Counted from the first letter of the stretch, positions 1-14,414 are shown. The stretch: DNA of 64,000 bases from Azolla caroliniana (GCA_043228905.1 JBHGNT010000012.1:2790001-2854000), one strand, 5' to 3'. The notes: a model not told the origin generated them from the sequence alone. A program made the numbers and translations.

Positions 1-1348
1 TGTGGGACCAGGTGCAGTCGGTTTTGCAGTCCTTTAATCCTCCCAAGTTGGAAGGGGCATTTACGAGGCTTCAAGTGCTAGTGGGGGTAAGGGGACATTT
101 GTCTTGCAGATGATTTCAAGACTATGATGTGGAGGAAGATGGCATTATATGTAGAGCAATGATACAACCAGAGATATTGCAATATGCCATATTCTCTAAA
201 AATAAGGGTCCTTGCTTATGACGGAACTAAGTGGATCATCGACCCACAAGTTGATGCAGTCAAGGAGCATTGGAAATGGAGAGTTTTTGAAAAGGCGCCT
301 TTGATAAGGTTGCAATGGGATCCGGGAGAATTTTGGTGGAAAGATCTGTTTGATCGTGCGGAAAAAAGGTGTGGTTTTTTCCAGTACTCAGTTAAGATTG
401 GACGTCACATTTTGGTAGCTCAACGCAAGACTACACCACGGGCTAGTCAATTTTGGACCCATCAAGGGGTCACATCTGAATTCCTAACAAAGTTTTGAAG
501 GACATTATGGAAAAGGAAGCAAGTTTATGAAAATAAATGTCTTCCAATGGCTAGTAATACATAGAGCATTACCAGTCAGCCAGTGGCTGCAACAATCCGC
601 TAGACCGATCGCATGCAATTATTGTAGTTTCCAGATGGAGACATTGAAACATTGCTTGTGGGAATGTCATGTTGCACGACAAGTTTGGAGACGAGTGTTT
701 CGAATTCTAGCCTTTATGTTTAGGGATGGCAATTTTTCGTGGGGTATGGTAGTATGGGCTACAGTGGCACAAATGTTGTGGCCATATGAGGCATGTCCAA
801 ATGATACGATTATTAGAATTCAAAGAGGAAGGATAGCGGTGGTGCAACGAAGTCATATCGAAGCTCCTTATATGTTAAAGGCAATGCAAGAAGTATGGGA
901 GCTGCTATGCACCACCACAATGTGGTTTATTTGAACTGCTAGGTGTTTTAAGGTGTTTGGTAATACTACTATTTATCCAGTGAAAAGTGTACGGAATGTC
1001 TGGATGCAGATGGTGCATACCTTGAAAGGGTGGTATGAGGAAATTAAAGGTGAGACACATGTTACAGTGTTTCAACGCCTCAAATTTATTGCCTATTGGA
1101 AGAATGCCCCTTTTCTCACATTACAAAATGCAAGACCCAAATGGTGCTTAGCACCACCAGTATGGTTGTTCCCACCGCCAATCACATAACTTGGTTATGG
1201 AGTGCTGGAGTGTTGATACTATTGATCCTTTAGGGATGGGACCTAAGGAAGAATGTAACATATCAATGGTAGCTTGACGGTAGGTCAACTTTCTTGTAAT
1301 AATTGTTTATAACTAATGAAAGGATATTTTCCAGGAAGAAAAAAAAAA
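1..1348 (+). mobile_element. LINE (L1-like) 3' portion: ORF2 C-terminus with zf-RVT, 3' UTR and A-tail; degenerate
   Basis: Broken ORFs 184-498, 527-934 and 953-1189 read FQWLVIHRALPV...CNYC...ETLKHCLWEC (CCHC zf-RVT) and end ...WLFPPPIT*. An A-run lies at 1339-1348. Homologous to the fragments at 27.2-28.3 kb and 42.9-43.5 kb. Confidence 0.85.
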
Positions 1349-1364
1349 TCCCCTTCTCAAGTCA

Positions 1365-1398
1365 ACATACATACATATATATATTTATATATACATAC

Positions 1399-1443
<45 letters not shown>

Positions 1444-1460
1444 ATAAATAGTTATATACA
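1365..1460. repeat. (CATA)n/(TA)n/(TG)n microsatellite cluster
   Basis: Direct reading; the (TG)n run is at about 1401-1439. Confidence 0.95.
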
Positions 1461-3389
1461 TATAGATGCACATGAATATTCTAAACCTTAAACTCATGGA
1501 GGAACATGTGTTTTCAAGGGCTTAACAATTGAAGAAGATTCAATGCATTCCAAATCATGATTTATAACTACTTCCTAGATGTTGGAAGGACAACTACACA
1601 CATGTCTAGATGCATCAATATGTTAACAACATTTTAACCTAATGTGAATAAATTCTTAATACCAAGGGTTATATTGGTTCTACCCTTTTGTTGTATCTTC
1701 CATTGTGGGACAATGAATACAAAGTAAATTAATCGCGCTAGTCTAACTATAAACACGACCTAATCATTTTGTACTTTGCAATGATTAGTGTCGTAGTTAT
1801 ATTGGATAATTGCCATGTTATTATGCTACTCTGTATATATTGGGGTCAATGCTAATGTAATAAGAGTTCTACAATCAACATTAACGTTGATTACTATAAT
1901 GGATACTAATCACGACTTAAAGGATGTTTGCCATTAAAAATGGGTCAAATTATACTATGACGTTCAATTAATATATTCATTTACTCATTGGGTGTATTGA
2001 TACATGGACTATTTGCAGAAATATGTAGAAATTAGATTGGAGGAGAGTATCATAGCATAAAAGTAGTTAATGGGTTAGTAAAGTATTTATAATTTTTTTG
2101 GCTAGTAAAAATAGAAAGATCATGGGTGAGTTATGGAGAGTCATAGATGGATCATGAATGGGTGATTGATTGATGGTCCATGGATGGATGGGTCATAGAT
2201 GACCCAATTAAGGGATCCTTCATCGGTAAAGAAATCGTATTCACCTTCGGTCACTCGGTGTGATTCGCAAAGTAAATAGCTAGAGCTCTTAGTTTGGTAA
2301 ATTTATGAAAGAGATATAGCAAGCATTCAAACACTCATGGGTATTTACCTTTTTTCCATGGGGCAAACATTCAAACATGGGCACGTACATTCACATCTAT
2401 ACTTATGCATGCTTTTGAGCGTAGTGGTGTAAACCTCTAGTGTCAACATAACAAAAACCTACATCTATGTTCCAACCAAATGGTTGTTTTTTTCCCTCAA
2501 CATAGAGAAACAAAAGCAATCAATTGACTTATCAACTTGCGCACCAAAATTGCCAACAAGTGCATTTTTTAAAAGTAAAGCGCGCAATTTGTTAGGATTG
2601 TCTTTAGAGAGTATATTGTCCCTTTATCTATAGATTTGCAGACATGCCATCCTTTTCACTCCCCGATTATGGAAGGAATGTGAGTCATCATTATATTCTC
2701 TCTTGGATTGTGGAAGAAAAGTAAATGTTGTAAATACATTCTTTTGGAACAAAATTTGGTGGGGACAAAATTATGAGGAGTTTTCACTTTAGAACCAAAT
2801 AACCATTGACACAATTGTCCATTAGATACCAATATTCCAATACAAATAAAGAATAATAACATTGATTGACATATGCTTATATTACTTTCCAAAAACAAGC
2901 TCCCTACGATCATCCCACCAGTTACATTCGTTCTTACCTTTACTAGCTTCATGTGTTTTGCTCAATTAGTAGCTACCTTTTTATCAAATTTTACATATTC
3001 AAATGTATTGATGCTCAGTTCTTATTCTTGTATATGTCATCCACTTGTTCAAGAGTTATATGCATCTACAAGAAACATGTGCCATTCCTTTTGGGTTTTG
3101 GAATCTCTTTTCACTTAAGCACAAACACGCATATCCATCACTACAAGCTTTGGCCTAGTAGATTCAACCAATTTGGTCTAGGGTAATTTCATATGCTTCC
3201 AATTGTGACCCTATTTCATTTGCAGCCATTGCATCTATATTCAACACATATCACTATAGCTAACCATCAAGAATCTTCTTTAACAAAGCACAACAACGTA
3301 GGAATTTAACTTTAGAGTTTCATAGTAAGTTTACCCACTATAGTTTGGGCCAATGTTGAGTTCTTATGCATCTTCATTCCATCTATCCT

Positions 3390-3885
3390 TCATTCTTCTT
3401 CTTTTTCTTCAAATATTTCCTTCAATAGTTTTAAGAAAAAACACCCAAAGGCTACAACTTGAGCTTGTCTGCCCAGAAGCTTACAACTTTTTATGTACAA
3501 TGATGTACATTAATCCTAAGACCAAATATAGGACTTTGACTTTGTCAAAGGTGTTGGAATTTGTTGATGCACACTGGCATGATTTATTGATATTCAAGAA
3601 AGGGTCCATGGAAGTCAATAGTGCCATCCCGGCCCTTGAGTTGACTATTAAACAGGGGCAACTTTTTTTATAAGTGAAGAAGCTTCTTACTTCTCTTGTT
3701 CAAAGTCTTTGGGAACCATGCATATTGTCATACTGGCCACAAACTATTGCTAGCAAGTTCTCCCATATCTCAAGCAAGACATCTGGGAGAGGCCGATCTG
3801 TTGCATCATAAAGTTGGTTACATCGACATTTCCATAATGCCCATAATGTTACCGTAGTCATTGTTTTCCAAACCTAGACAGATCG
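3390..3885 (-). mobile_element. LINE 3' fragment (second family)
   Basis: The minus strand reads KTMTTVTLWALWKCRCK...EIWENLLAIVCGQYDNM, matching the LINE ORF2 C-terminal W..RC...IW...GQYD pattern. It is the reverse complement of 7895-8362. Confidence 0.7.
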
Positions 3886-6800
3886 CACCTTATCCTTCAA
3901 TTATGTAAATGAGAGAGTGGTTGAAAGGCATTGTTATAATGCAAATGTCAAATTAATAAATTATTTCCTAAATATTGATATGGTTAAAAACTTTATTGAG
4001 TCGTGTATGTTGTGCATATCATAAGAACATGTAAATGATATCGTCAAATGACTTTAATAGATATTTAAGGTTTCAGGTTTAAATCATTATGGTTCAACCC
4101 ACGAATATTTTTTGCCCTCTTGTTTGATCACTTATAAAAAAACCATCTCATAATGGAGAACTCAAAAGGTATGAAAATATTCTTCATTTACAAAAAACAA
4201 ATCATACATTAAAATAATATAATTACTTGATAAGCGCACGGAAGTACTTTGTAACAAAGGAAGCCTATTCTTTGTGTTCAATTATACAATAACACAACAA
4301 TATTCCCAAGATATCTTTAATGCTTATCCTTTATTTTGGTCGGTTTAGTGGATTCGTGGTTATATATATTTATATTAAATGGCAATATTGGAACTAATTA
4401 TTACTTTAAACAATGCATCATATTATTTAGACTGCATCATTATGCTATTGCACCATTGCACTCATGTATTCTTCTTAACATTAAACAATGCATCTAGATA
4501 GAGGTAATACAAATATAGTAACTATCCATGCTACACCACTTGATACAATGAGAACACATATAACAGTTGAAATGCAACATTAGCGAAATTAATAAGTGAT
4601 GTGATGTTCATAATAGTAGATTCATTGATCATGTATAATTGTCATTAAAGGAGCTATGTAGATGCAATAGTGAAAATGAATATGGATCATGCAACTTTCT
4701 GAAGAATACATTCTAGACACCCTCTCACATGGTTGGAGTTTTGACTTGTCCATTAAAGTTTCCACATCCATGAAGATTCATTCATGACATTCGGTGCTAT
4801 CTTTATAGTTCTTTGTGCAAGTGGCATCACATTCATAAAAACCATTGCAAACTTGTGCAAAGGCATTAGGCACTAAGTGAGAAGCATTAAATCCAACTAT
4901 GCCCAAATTACCATATTTATTGATTGTGTAAGATATGTCTAGTAGCAAGGCAAATAAATAAAAAACCAAAAAATTCTACTGAAAAATTAGAACTAATGTT
5001 TTTCAAGCTTTGAAGGTTGGTGTCTATTGCAATGAAGTTTTTGGCTTTATATAGTTTTATAATCCCAATTCATTGGACTAAAGTGTTCTAAATTGTTCGA
5101 TGTTTCACTAGTGCTAAAAAAATAATTATTGCATGTGTGACTGGCATGGATGACAAAGATGATTTGGCTCGACTTACTAAAGTTCAAGTAAATCTTGGGT
5201 GTGAGCACACATAAATGCTTTTTTAAGATCATGGTTGGCAGATGAATCTTATCTAGATTTCCTATGACCTTACCTTGGCTCTTTTTTTAGTGTGTCCTAA
5301 TTTTTTTAGTAGCACTAGACTAACTCTTTCTAATTGCTCACTATGCGCCCTAAATTTTGCATTGCCATGTCTCTAAAGTTTTAGCTAATTGTGTTTGATA
5401 TGAAATGTGGGCTCTCATTGGTGCATCACAATGCAAATATTTGTAAATGTGTGATTGTTACCATTTTGCGTTTTGCATTTAATGTTACTTATGGTTGCAA
5501 CCACAACTACAAGCATATTTGAAAATACATTGCTTAAGTTTGGCATTGTTGTTTTATGTTGTATAATGCTCATCTTCCCTTTGGACAAATTTAATGTCAT
5601 TTGACGATGCATTAGACTCGAGTGTTGTTCATAATTTTCTTTGTTGCAATGCTCATTTATAAGTTTAATTTTTGTCTAAGACCAAACTTTAATTCTTTTT
5701 TGGAGTACATTTGGCAGTCATATTTATCATTTTATTGAACCTTGTCTACTAATTTTAATAATTGGTCCCTTTCCATGGAGATTGATTAAGATAGAGAAAC
5801 CCAAGGTCATTCAACATGCGCATTTTATTTTAATTCATGATTGCATATAGACCAAAGAGAGTTGGTAATCATGAGCATCCATGTATCACACCATTCGTTT
5901 CTCCCATATGCACATGAACAATCATCTCCTCATAGATTGATCAACCTTACTATGTGATGATAAAATCTACCTCTCCATCATGAGAGGCACATAAATGTGA
6001 TAAAATTAGGAGAAATCTAACGGGACGCATGTTGAGAGTAATGGTACCTTAACACTTATGACTTTGTCTATGCATTTTATACATGCTCGCATGAGTAATT
6101 TGATGTTGAAAGATAACGCGCTATGAATCTCTTTTAGAAATGCTGCTTTTATTCTTTATTATTGATGATATATGTGGATCGGTTAAGATATTGATCATGC
6201 ACAAGACAAAAAATCTTCAAGATATCAAGTCCAAAAACACTTTGGAAATGAAAAACATGCTTCATGAAGTGTTATATTTAATCGTCCACTATAACATGAT
6301 GTGCCCCACAATTAGATTACAATTGAATCTAAGTCTTATGTAAAGGAGAAGATATAAATAGTGTAAATTACTAAACAATCATGATTAGTTCTCTTATGGC
6401 AAAGTTCTTTTGATGTGTTAATGGAAACAATGCTAAGCACTAGCAAAAGACAATGGAAAGAGGGTATATAAACAAGTTTTCAAACAATTTATTGCACCAT
6501 TAACCACCTTGTCATTTGTTAAGCCCTAATAGGAGGATGGTGAGCCAACAATCAAACAACAATGTCACCCTTGGTTGTCATATCCCACATACCTTTTTGA
6601 TTCACCACTCTAAGATCTCATTTGTTGTTGACGCTTAAGTTCTTGAATCCTCAAACTTTTGAACCTAATAAGGAGCTATGTTGCTCTTTATATAAATGTC
6701 GAGAGTTGCCATAAAAATGGTATGACCTCTTTAAACATACACTTATCCTTGCATGTCACCTAGTTTTGGCAATATGTTGTCAATTTAGTCACATTTATTG

Positions 6801-7894
6801 CATGATTCCCTATCATTGTCAATTATTTCTTGCAGCTTATCTTTCTCATAGCCTTTCTTAGGCTTTGAGCTGGTGACCCTTTTGTTGTAATGGTTAATTA
6901 TTACCATTTCAGCAATGTTTTAATGTTGTCTTAGTTTTCAATACCATCATCTCATGTAAAACTTGTTTTCCATATGACTTCCTTTTGCACATGTCACATC
7001 TTGACAGCACAAGAAGTAGATCATGCATTCTATTAATGTTTAGGTATTTGAAGCATTATTCCTTTTCATGTGGCTTTTGTCCCCATCAAATAAGGTAATT
7101 GTTGACTGACTACCTTCGGCATTGGAGTCTATGGTACAACTGGAGTATGAGAAATGGATTATTGTGTGACTTCCTTCATTTAGTATAACAATAGGTACAT
7201 ATGCTCATATCATATTTTGGCAATTCGAAAAGGAGTTGCCTTTATGTTAACTTGTCCTACATTTATTTTTTCTAAGATCTTATAGCAAAGACACAATTTT
7301 AGCTCAATTATTAAGATTGTTTAGTAGAGACTAAAAGGTCATCCATTCAAACCCTAAATTGTAGACATGTATTGAAATGGTGTATTGACATTTGAACCTA
7401 GGAGCCATGGTTATAAAAGTATGGCTTATCATTAGATATAGTCTTATTATAAAATAGACTAATCTCTCCCATTTTCACAATTTTAATGTATTGTTTCAAG
7501 TACTACTTGCATATCCTTATTTCATTTATTTTTAAAACTGTCTCAAAATGTCTAAAGCCCTGAAAAGCAACCACATGCCAATAAATAAACTCTAATTGTA
7601 TCCTCAGCCAATTAAAATCCAAGTATGGAGAACATGGCACTCAATAAATTTGATGCATTGAGCCATATGTTACCTAATGGTTAGACCCATAATCCTAAAA
7701 GTGGTCACTACTTTAATTAAGGTAATCATTGAGGAGAATCAAAGTCTTAAGTTGACAATTCAAATTGTGCAAGTTGTTAAACAAAGAGCATACGCTTATC
7801 TCAAAAGAAAAGTACCTGGTACCCAACCATAAGAATATGTATGTGTAGTTGGCCAAACACAAGATACACCACAAGACAATCAAGAATATTTGCA

Positions 7895-8362
7895 AGGAAA
7901 ACAATGACTACAATAACGTTATGCGCATTATGGAAATGTCAATGCAAGCGACTTTATGATGCAGTAGATCAACATTTCTTAGATGTTCTACTTGCAATAT
8001 GGGAGAACTTGCTGATAGTAGTTCGCGGCTAGTATGACAACATGAAGGGTTCACCAAAGACTGAACAAGAGAAAGAAGAAGCTTCTTCACTTATGGAAAA
8101 ACTTACCCCTGTTTACATAGTCAACTCAAGGGCCTCAATGAAACTATCAACTCCCATGGACCCTTTCTTAAATACCTGTGAATCATGGCAATGCACCAGC
8201 AAATTCCAACACCTTTTACAAAGTCCTATCTTTGGTCTTAGGATTACGTTACATCATTGTACATGAAAAATTGTACGCTTTTGGGCAAACAAGCTCAAGT
8301 TGTAGCATTCAGAAGTTTTTCCTTAATACTAGTGAAGAAAATCTTTGAGGGAAATAAAAAAG
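7895..8362 (+). mobile_element. LINE 3' fragment (second family)
   Basis: ORF 7841-8032 reads KTMTTITLCALWKCQCKRLYD...IWENLLIVVRG. It aligns by eye to the reverse complement of 3390-3885 and has an A-rich end near 8350-8362. Confidence 0.7.
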
Positions 8363-9315
8363 AATATTAGTAGTGACAAAGTAGAATGAGTAGACATTCC
8401 TTCTCATGGGACAATCTTGTAACAAGAATAAGCATCTTATATTATGATATGTGCCCAAAACGGTCTCTCAATTGCATCTTATATTACATAGACAACGGTC
8501 ATGAAGAATGTAAGAAAGCTTCTAGTAACAACTTGGTAATGCTCAAATTTGTGGCCCGATTCATGTAAACATAGAACAATGGCCCCAATCAACCATTCTA
8601 GTTTACGAAATATGCAACTTAGTTCATAGTCAATTGCATTTCAATTTGGAGTTCCATGTATCAAGTCCAATTGTGTACGATGAGGGATGGCAATTGGACT
8701 TTACATGGAGACTCTCATGCATGTCAAAAACTTTTAATATTAGATGGAAAACCAGTTTTGCAAAAGGAACGTATTAGACCATTTCACCTCTTCAATGATT
8801 TTGAGCACAACTTTTACTTGTCATTTCATAAATACTAAATTACAAACATAGATTGAACTTAAATTCGAGACCTCAAGTCACCGTAGACATTCTCCCAACA
8901 TGGTACTTGCGGCTCGCAAATACGAACAAATTTGGATTGAGGCCGCTCTCGAGGTGTCTTGCCAATTTGCATGAAACGCAATGACATCGACTACGTGTAA
9001 TCTCACAAGTACAAGTACCCACCATGTGATTAATGCAAGCCATCAATCGACAAAAATACTATAATATCGTAGATGATTAGCCATACATACCAAGGAACTC
9101 TTCACCACAAAACTCAATAGACCCCAAAAAGATTTTCAATGATACAAGTTTTTAATCAATATCAAAGCCTCTTTCAATTATTTGGGCCTCAACTGAACAT
9201 TAAAAATGCTAGAACATGCTTCATGACTGAGAATGCATTACTATTATGTACACAAAAGGAGAACGAGAATTAGTATGGAAGGGGATGTTTCTTCAATTTA
9301 AGTAAGGAACACCTT

Positions 9316-9516
9316 TTAGTAGAAGACACTAGGGGTGGAATCTCCACGTCCATTGATTTTAAGAAGGGACGGGGTTGGTTGGGTATCATCGACGAGCACG
9401 TGGAACTTCATGTCCTCGCTAGGTTTCCAATGTCTCTTTCGTTGGTTGATAAACCAATTGTTTATTTGCTTAGGGTCGAGCCCACTTGCTTCCGCTAACA
9501 CCGTCTTCTCGGCTTC
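9316..9516 (-). CDS. KNOX: Class I KNOX, exon 5 (homeodomain helices 2-3 and C-terminus)
   Basis: tttttttttatag|[36 protein letters not shown]...[19 protein letters not shown] and HYKWPYP are class I signatures. The spliced CDS is 2037 nt (678 aa plus stop). Confidence 0.96.
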   Translation of the reverse strand, partial: EAEKTVLAEASGLDPKQINNWFINQRKRHWKPSEDMKFHVLVDDTQPTPSLLKINGRGDSTPSVFY

Positions 9517-10290
9517 CTATAAAAAAAAATGCCATTTCGTGCACATACCCATAAACAAATTACACACATAAAGATCATGCACTATTCAAGGTGGTGAAAT
9601 AATCATATCACTAACCCTAGTGCTACTTGGGGCATATGATTAGGCCAACCTATAATGAGGGTATAGCATAATTACTTAAAATTTTAATTGATATCATTAG
9701 GGTTTTAAGTTAAAAATGCCATTTCATGCACATACATGCAGACAATACACAACATGAAGATCATGCAATATTCAAGGTGGTGAAATAACCATGTCACTAA
9801 CCCTAGGGGGCATATGATTAGAACATACTATAGTTAGTTAACATTTTTAACTGATATCATTAGGGTTTAAGTTATCACTGTCTTCTTGGCATCCTAAAAA
9901 TGCTATTTCATGCACATACATGCAAATAAAACACATCAACATGAAGATCCTGCAATATTCAAGGTGGTGAAATAACCATATCACTAACCCTAGTGTTACT
10001 CTGTGCATATGATTAGGACTGAACATAATGAGGGTTTGGCATAATTAGTTAAAATTTTGACTTGATAATCAGCAGGGTATATATAAGTTATCACTGTCTT
10101 CTCGCCTTCCTAAAATTGCCATTTCATACGCATACACGTAAACAATGCAAACATACATAATCATGCATAGTGAATGAAGGTGGTGAAATGACCATATCAT
10201 TAACCCTAATGTTGCTAGGTGCATATGATTAGGACTACATATAGTGGTGGTTTTGCATGATTAGCCCATATTGTCACTGATATCATTAGG
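9500..10290. repeat. About four imperfect tandem units of ~190-215 bp at the 3' end of KNOX intron 4
   Basis: The blocks gccatttc..., aaggtggtgaaat...cactaaccctag and gcatatgattagg recur at about 9530, 9718, 9902 and 10118. Confidence 0.9.
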
Positions 10291-11131
10291 GTTATAAATT
10301 ATCAGTCGACTGAAGTATGAATACATTTTCAAAAGTTATGGTTTTAAGTTTACTGCAAACAAACAGAAGGCATGGTATTATAATGTAACATATGTTTTGA
10401 CTATATTTGTATGGTTTTTACCTATGCTAAAGTTATTGAAGGTTAGAGGACTAGGAGACAAGGGTATACTTAAGTAATAATAATAGCATCCCAATTGAAG
10501 TGTAAAGAAAGTGTGATAATATACTCCATATTATAAGCATTATTCATGATGATTATAGATAAGTATTTATATTTGACTCACTATATGCTTATTCAATACA
10601 GTTAAGATTAAACTAGATTCATTATAACACCACAAACTATTTGTGGTCAAAAACTTCTCATCCTTCCCAATTTATGCATGTTATGTTTGTCACTTCAAGA
10701 CTAGAAGAAAAGTACCATGATAAGTATACATGTATTTGCCCTCTAATATAGAACCTTGATGTCAATGTATAAACTCCTTTTCTAATAGGTGCTAACAACT
10801 AGTCTTTGGGCAGGTCAATGAAAAGTGTCCATACGGAACAAATAGTAACACACTTAGTTGGCGCACGCAAATATCTCGCATGTGAAGTTTTCAACAAAGC
10901 ATTCCATATTTCGGCCTAATTACGATGTGAAGAAGTAATGGACATACACTAGGACATGATGTGTGATATGTGGGTCAATATACACCAACCAACAATGCCT
11001 TAGATAAAGTACCAAAATTAATTTGTATTGATCACAAAGATCGCATTCATTAACATAAAAAAAAAAGACATTATTTGATGCATAATGATCGGAATTCATA
11101 AGAAAGGATTTAAAGAAAGGTCCACACATAC

Positions 11132-11394
11132 CGTTGGGTAAGGCCATTTGTAGTGTTGATTCCACCATTCGAGAAGCCTTTGTCTAGCCTCTTTTGGCAA
11201 TTTCCCTTTCTTACGTTTCCTCATAAATTGTTGCCGGAGTTTTTGAATGTGTCCACGATACTTTTGGAGGAGCCTCTCTTTTAGCTTTTGGTCTTCAACC
11301 AATGGGTCTACTCCCCCTTCACAATTGATCAGTTCTTCTTCCATTTCCTCATCCAATATTGCCTCTTCATCTTCAACCTTCTCTAATTCCCTCA
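11132..11394 (-). CDS. KNOX: Class I KNOX, exon 4 (ELK domain and homeodomain helix 1 with the TALE PYP loop)
   Basis: tttgtcatag|...DPLVEDQKLKERLLQKY...RKRKKGKLPKEARQRLLEWWNQHYKWPYPT|gtatgt; 263 nt, phase matches exon 3. It follows the long (3.8 kb) third intron typical of class I KNOX genes. Confidence 0.95.
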
Positions 11395-14027
11395 CTATGA
11401 CAAAACAAACATTTAATGATCCCCACTTGGAATGTGTACCCTGGTACATACATAATAGATGTGTTTGTGTGTGCGCACATCCACATTAATGTACCTCCAA
11501 ATTTAACAATACAAGAGTAATCATCATAACTAAATGGGTTGTTTTCATCGTTTCTCATGATGCATATACCACCAACATTTTGTCATATTGCCAAAAAGTC
11601 TAACAGCAAATGACAGAAATAGTGGCAATTGTTAAAAATGATGGAAATTTTGCCCCTCATGAAAACTGTCAAAATTTCTGTTCTTTTCATTGTCCATTGT
11701 TATATAGTGTAAATGCATGCATCATTGAATCAAACCTTCCAATGTTCAAATATGAAAAGCAAGGACATTACAAACTCACCATACTCATCGGAACTTGGTG
11801 AAATTCAATGTGATACATATTGGCGAATATAGTAACCTAAAGGTCAAGACTCAGATATTTTAAAGTACAATATAGATTAAACCGTCGTACACTTGGTACT
11901 AACGTTTGCGACAAAGAACATATATGACACAAGTTCATTTACATGCTCACACCTAACTTAAATACCTTAACCACCATCGAGGGACTAGTTTTACATGGAC
12001 ATCAACCCAATTAGGATTGAAATGCTCGAGAAGGGATGTCACAATAGCCATAAGGTGAGCCAATTTAACTTACATTAATCAGCTAAAAGGTCCATAGGCG
12101 TCTCATGTATATTGAGAAAACAATATAAATGTATTAACCCCTGAATCCTAGAACTACTTACAATAGTAGCAATTGCAGTGAGATAAATATCGGACACTTA
12201 TCAGCAATGGTTACAAAGAAGCAGTGAGCATTGTGTGCACGACTTAAATTATGCCAATGCAAACAATGATGTCATTCTCAATATAATCAAAAGTTGGGCA
12301 AACATATTGGTTACAACAATAACTTGAAGAGCTCAAAAAATGGAAGCATATTACTCGAGTTTGGCAATTGGTAGTATTACCATAGTCATTGTTATATTCT
12401 ATTTCACAACATAACAAAGTAATGTTATTTTGCGCTTCCATTCAAGCTTAATATTGGGAGTTTGGGATATACAATTCTGTGAGACTAGAGAGTTGGGTTT
12501 TTTCTAAAGGTTTAATGAGGTTTGCAATTTGTGGTTGTGTTCCTAACACATCTTAGGTGGTATACACCATTGACATGGTCTCATTGTTATAGTCTCAATG
12601 CTTAGACCCGCAGAAAAAGGAAGCCAATGCATAGAAATTGAGTTGTCTTTCAACATTGAGGTTTCGTTATAGAAAAGAGTCTTCAAAAATATAATTTCGA
12701 CTACGAAAATGAATGGAAAAGAGATTGACGTGCTGGAAGTAAATTCTGAACACATCTTTAACAAATATTAATATCATGTGCCTAGTCTTACAAACAACAA
12801 AACATTCTATGAGTCTTTTAGTCTTTTTATAACAAAGAATGCATTCATGTTGTTAATTCATGTTCATTTATTTACCCTTATCTTTCAGCAAAGCGATCAA
12901 AAAGTTAGATTTTTTATTTTGTTTGTGTTTTTTCTCTTTGAGCCACGGTACGATTGTTTGATCGATCAAGACAAGAAACTTAAGAGGGTAAATGTGGAAA
13001 CTGGATATATTGGGCATACTAAAAGTGCATTACAAAGTCACGTAACTAAGAAGACACAAAGAAATTCAAACGAAGCACCTATAATATGATATCTAGATCT
13101 CTTGGTTCAAAAAGAAGAAAGAACTATCAAAGTAAGAATGAGTTACTGAGACAACATTGACACCATTAATCCCAAACTAAATAAAGGCATAATGTTGCCA
13201 CACTCTAGTCTCATGAGGTTGGAGAAATGCAAGGTAAAGAAAGAGGAGTTCAGGAAGGGACTTCTCTATCGAACTTATTGGTGTAACATGGAGAATGGGC
13301 TATAAGAACCGCCAACATAGCACCAAATGTCCAATTACCTCGTCAACATCCATGTGTCAAAAAGTTGGTATACAAAACTATGAAGGGATATAGATCCAAA
13401 ATCAATAGAGAGTTAAGCATCACACTTTTCGATCTAAACATCATTTCCGAAAATCATCTTACAAGTGACCTTTAATGTGTACAAGAGTTTTTATTGAAGA
13501 TTGCAATGTCATGGTATACTTTCCAAGGAACTTATTACAGGTGGCATGATTGTGAACCTCCAATATCTTGAAATGCATACTATTGCAGTTTCTAAGTCTT
13601 GTTCACAATTTTGTATAGATCTTCATTGTTAATGTAGCTTCTAGGATATCAATACGGCAATTCAATCTTCTCAACCTTACAAGTCATGATGAAGGCTTGC
13701 TTCATTTTTAACAACAAAGAACTTGTTTCAAGTTTAAAAACAACACCAAGTGTTGTTGAGGCAAATGTGTCATAAAATGTTAGCATATGGATATAGATGT
13801 GTTAAAATTATAATATATATATATGGTGTTCCCTTAACAAATGTGAATTGACGTGACCTAACCAATTCATAATAATCTATATTTTAGAATACAGTTTGAT
13901 TGATAATGTAGGATTGTGCGCAAATCCAAGGAAATTCTCAATAACACCCTTCCCGGCGTTAAGCTGTATATATATGAGAAGAACCCTACCCTAGTTTGAA
14001 AATATCAAATCATGCCCTTCTCATTGT

Positions 14028-14212
14028 GTGAATTGCTTGACATAAACCATAATAAAAATTCCCTAACCCCTACTGCAACCATGAATTGCTTGATATAAAC
14101 TACAAGACAACTTCCCTAATCCCTAATGCAACGGTGAATTGCTTGATATATACTACAAGACACATCCCTAATCCCTAATGCAATCGTGAATTGCTTAATA
14201 TAACAAGTGAAT
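14028..14212. repeat. ~53-bp tandem repeat (3-4 copies) in KNOX intron 3
   Basis: tgaattgcttga.ata...ccctaatccctaatgcaa recurs at about 14029, 14082, 14135 and 14187. Confidence 0.85.
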
Positions 14213-14414
14213 TATGATTTACACTTGTTATTTTGTCAAGGAGAATAATGGTTTTTCATATTGTAACTTCCAACTATTTCCTATCTTTGAGACCAAGCTA
14301 CAATTTACAATCTAGAGTTATACAAACCCTTTTGACCTAGAGACATATGAACAATCTAATGTTATATAAGTCATCTAGGAGGACCTTGAGACACTTAACA
14401 AATGTAGTGTAACA

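Noticed and set aside
6270-6335. IVHYNMMCPTIR resembles VVNYIMCPTIR in the methyltransferase exon
   Set aside because: No flanking MTase motifs (NPYQKP, DIPY) are found in any frame nearby; treated as a chance match.
4560-7100. Possible very old transposon coding remnants
   Set aside because: No diagnostic motif could be recovered by eye. The same applies to about 12.0-13.8 kb, 18.9-19.3 kb, 21.3-22.2 kb and 25.8-26.3 kb.
9500-10290. Regularly spaced repeats suggesting a CRISPR-like array
   Set aside because: Whole units are homologous, with no unique spacers and no cas genes, in a eukaryotic intron.
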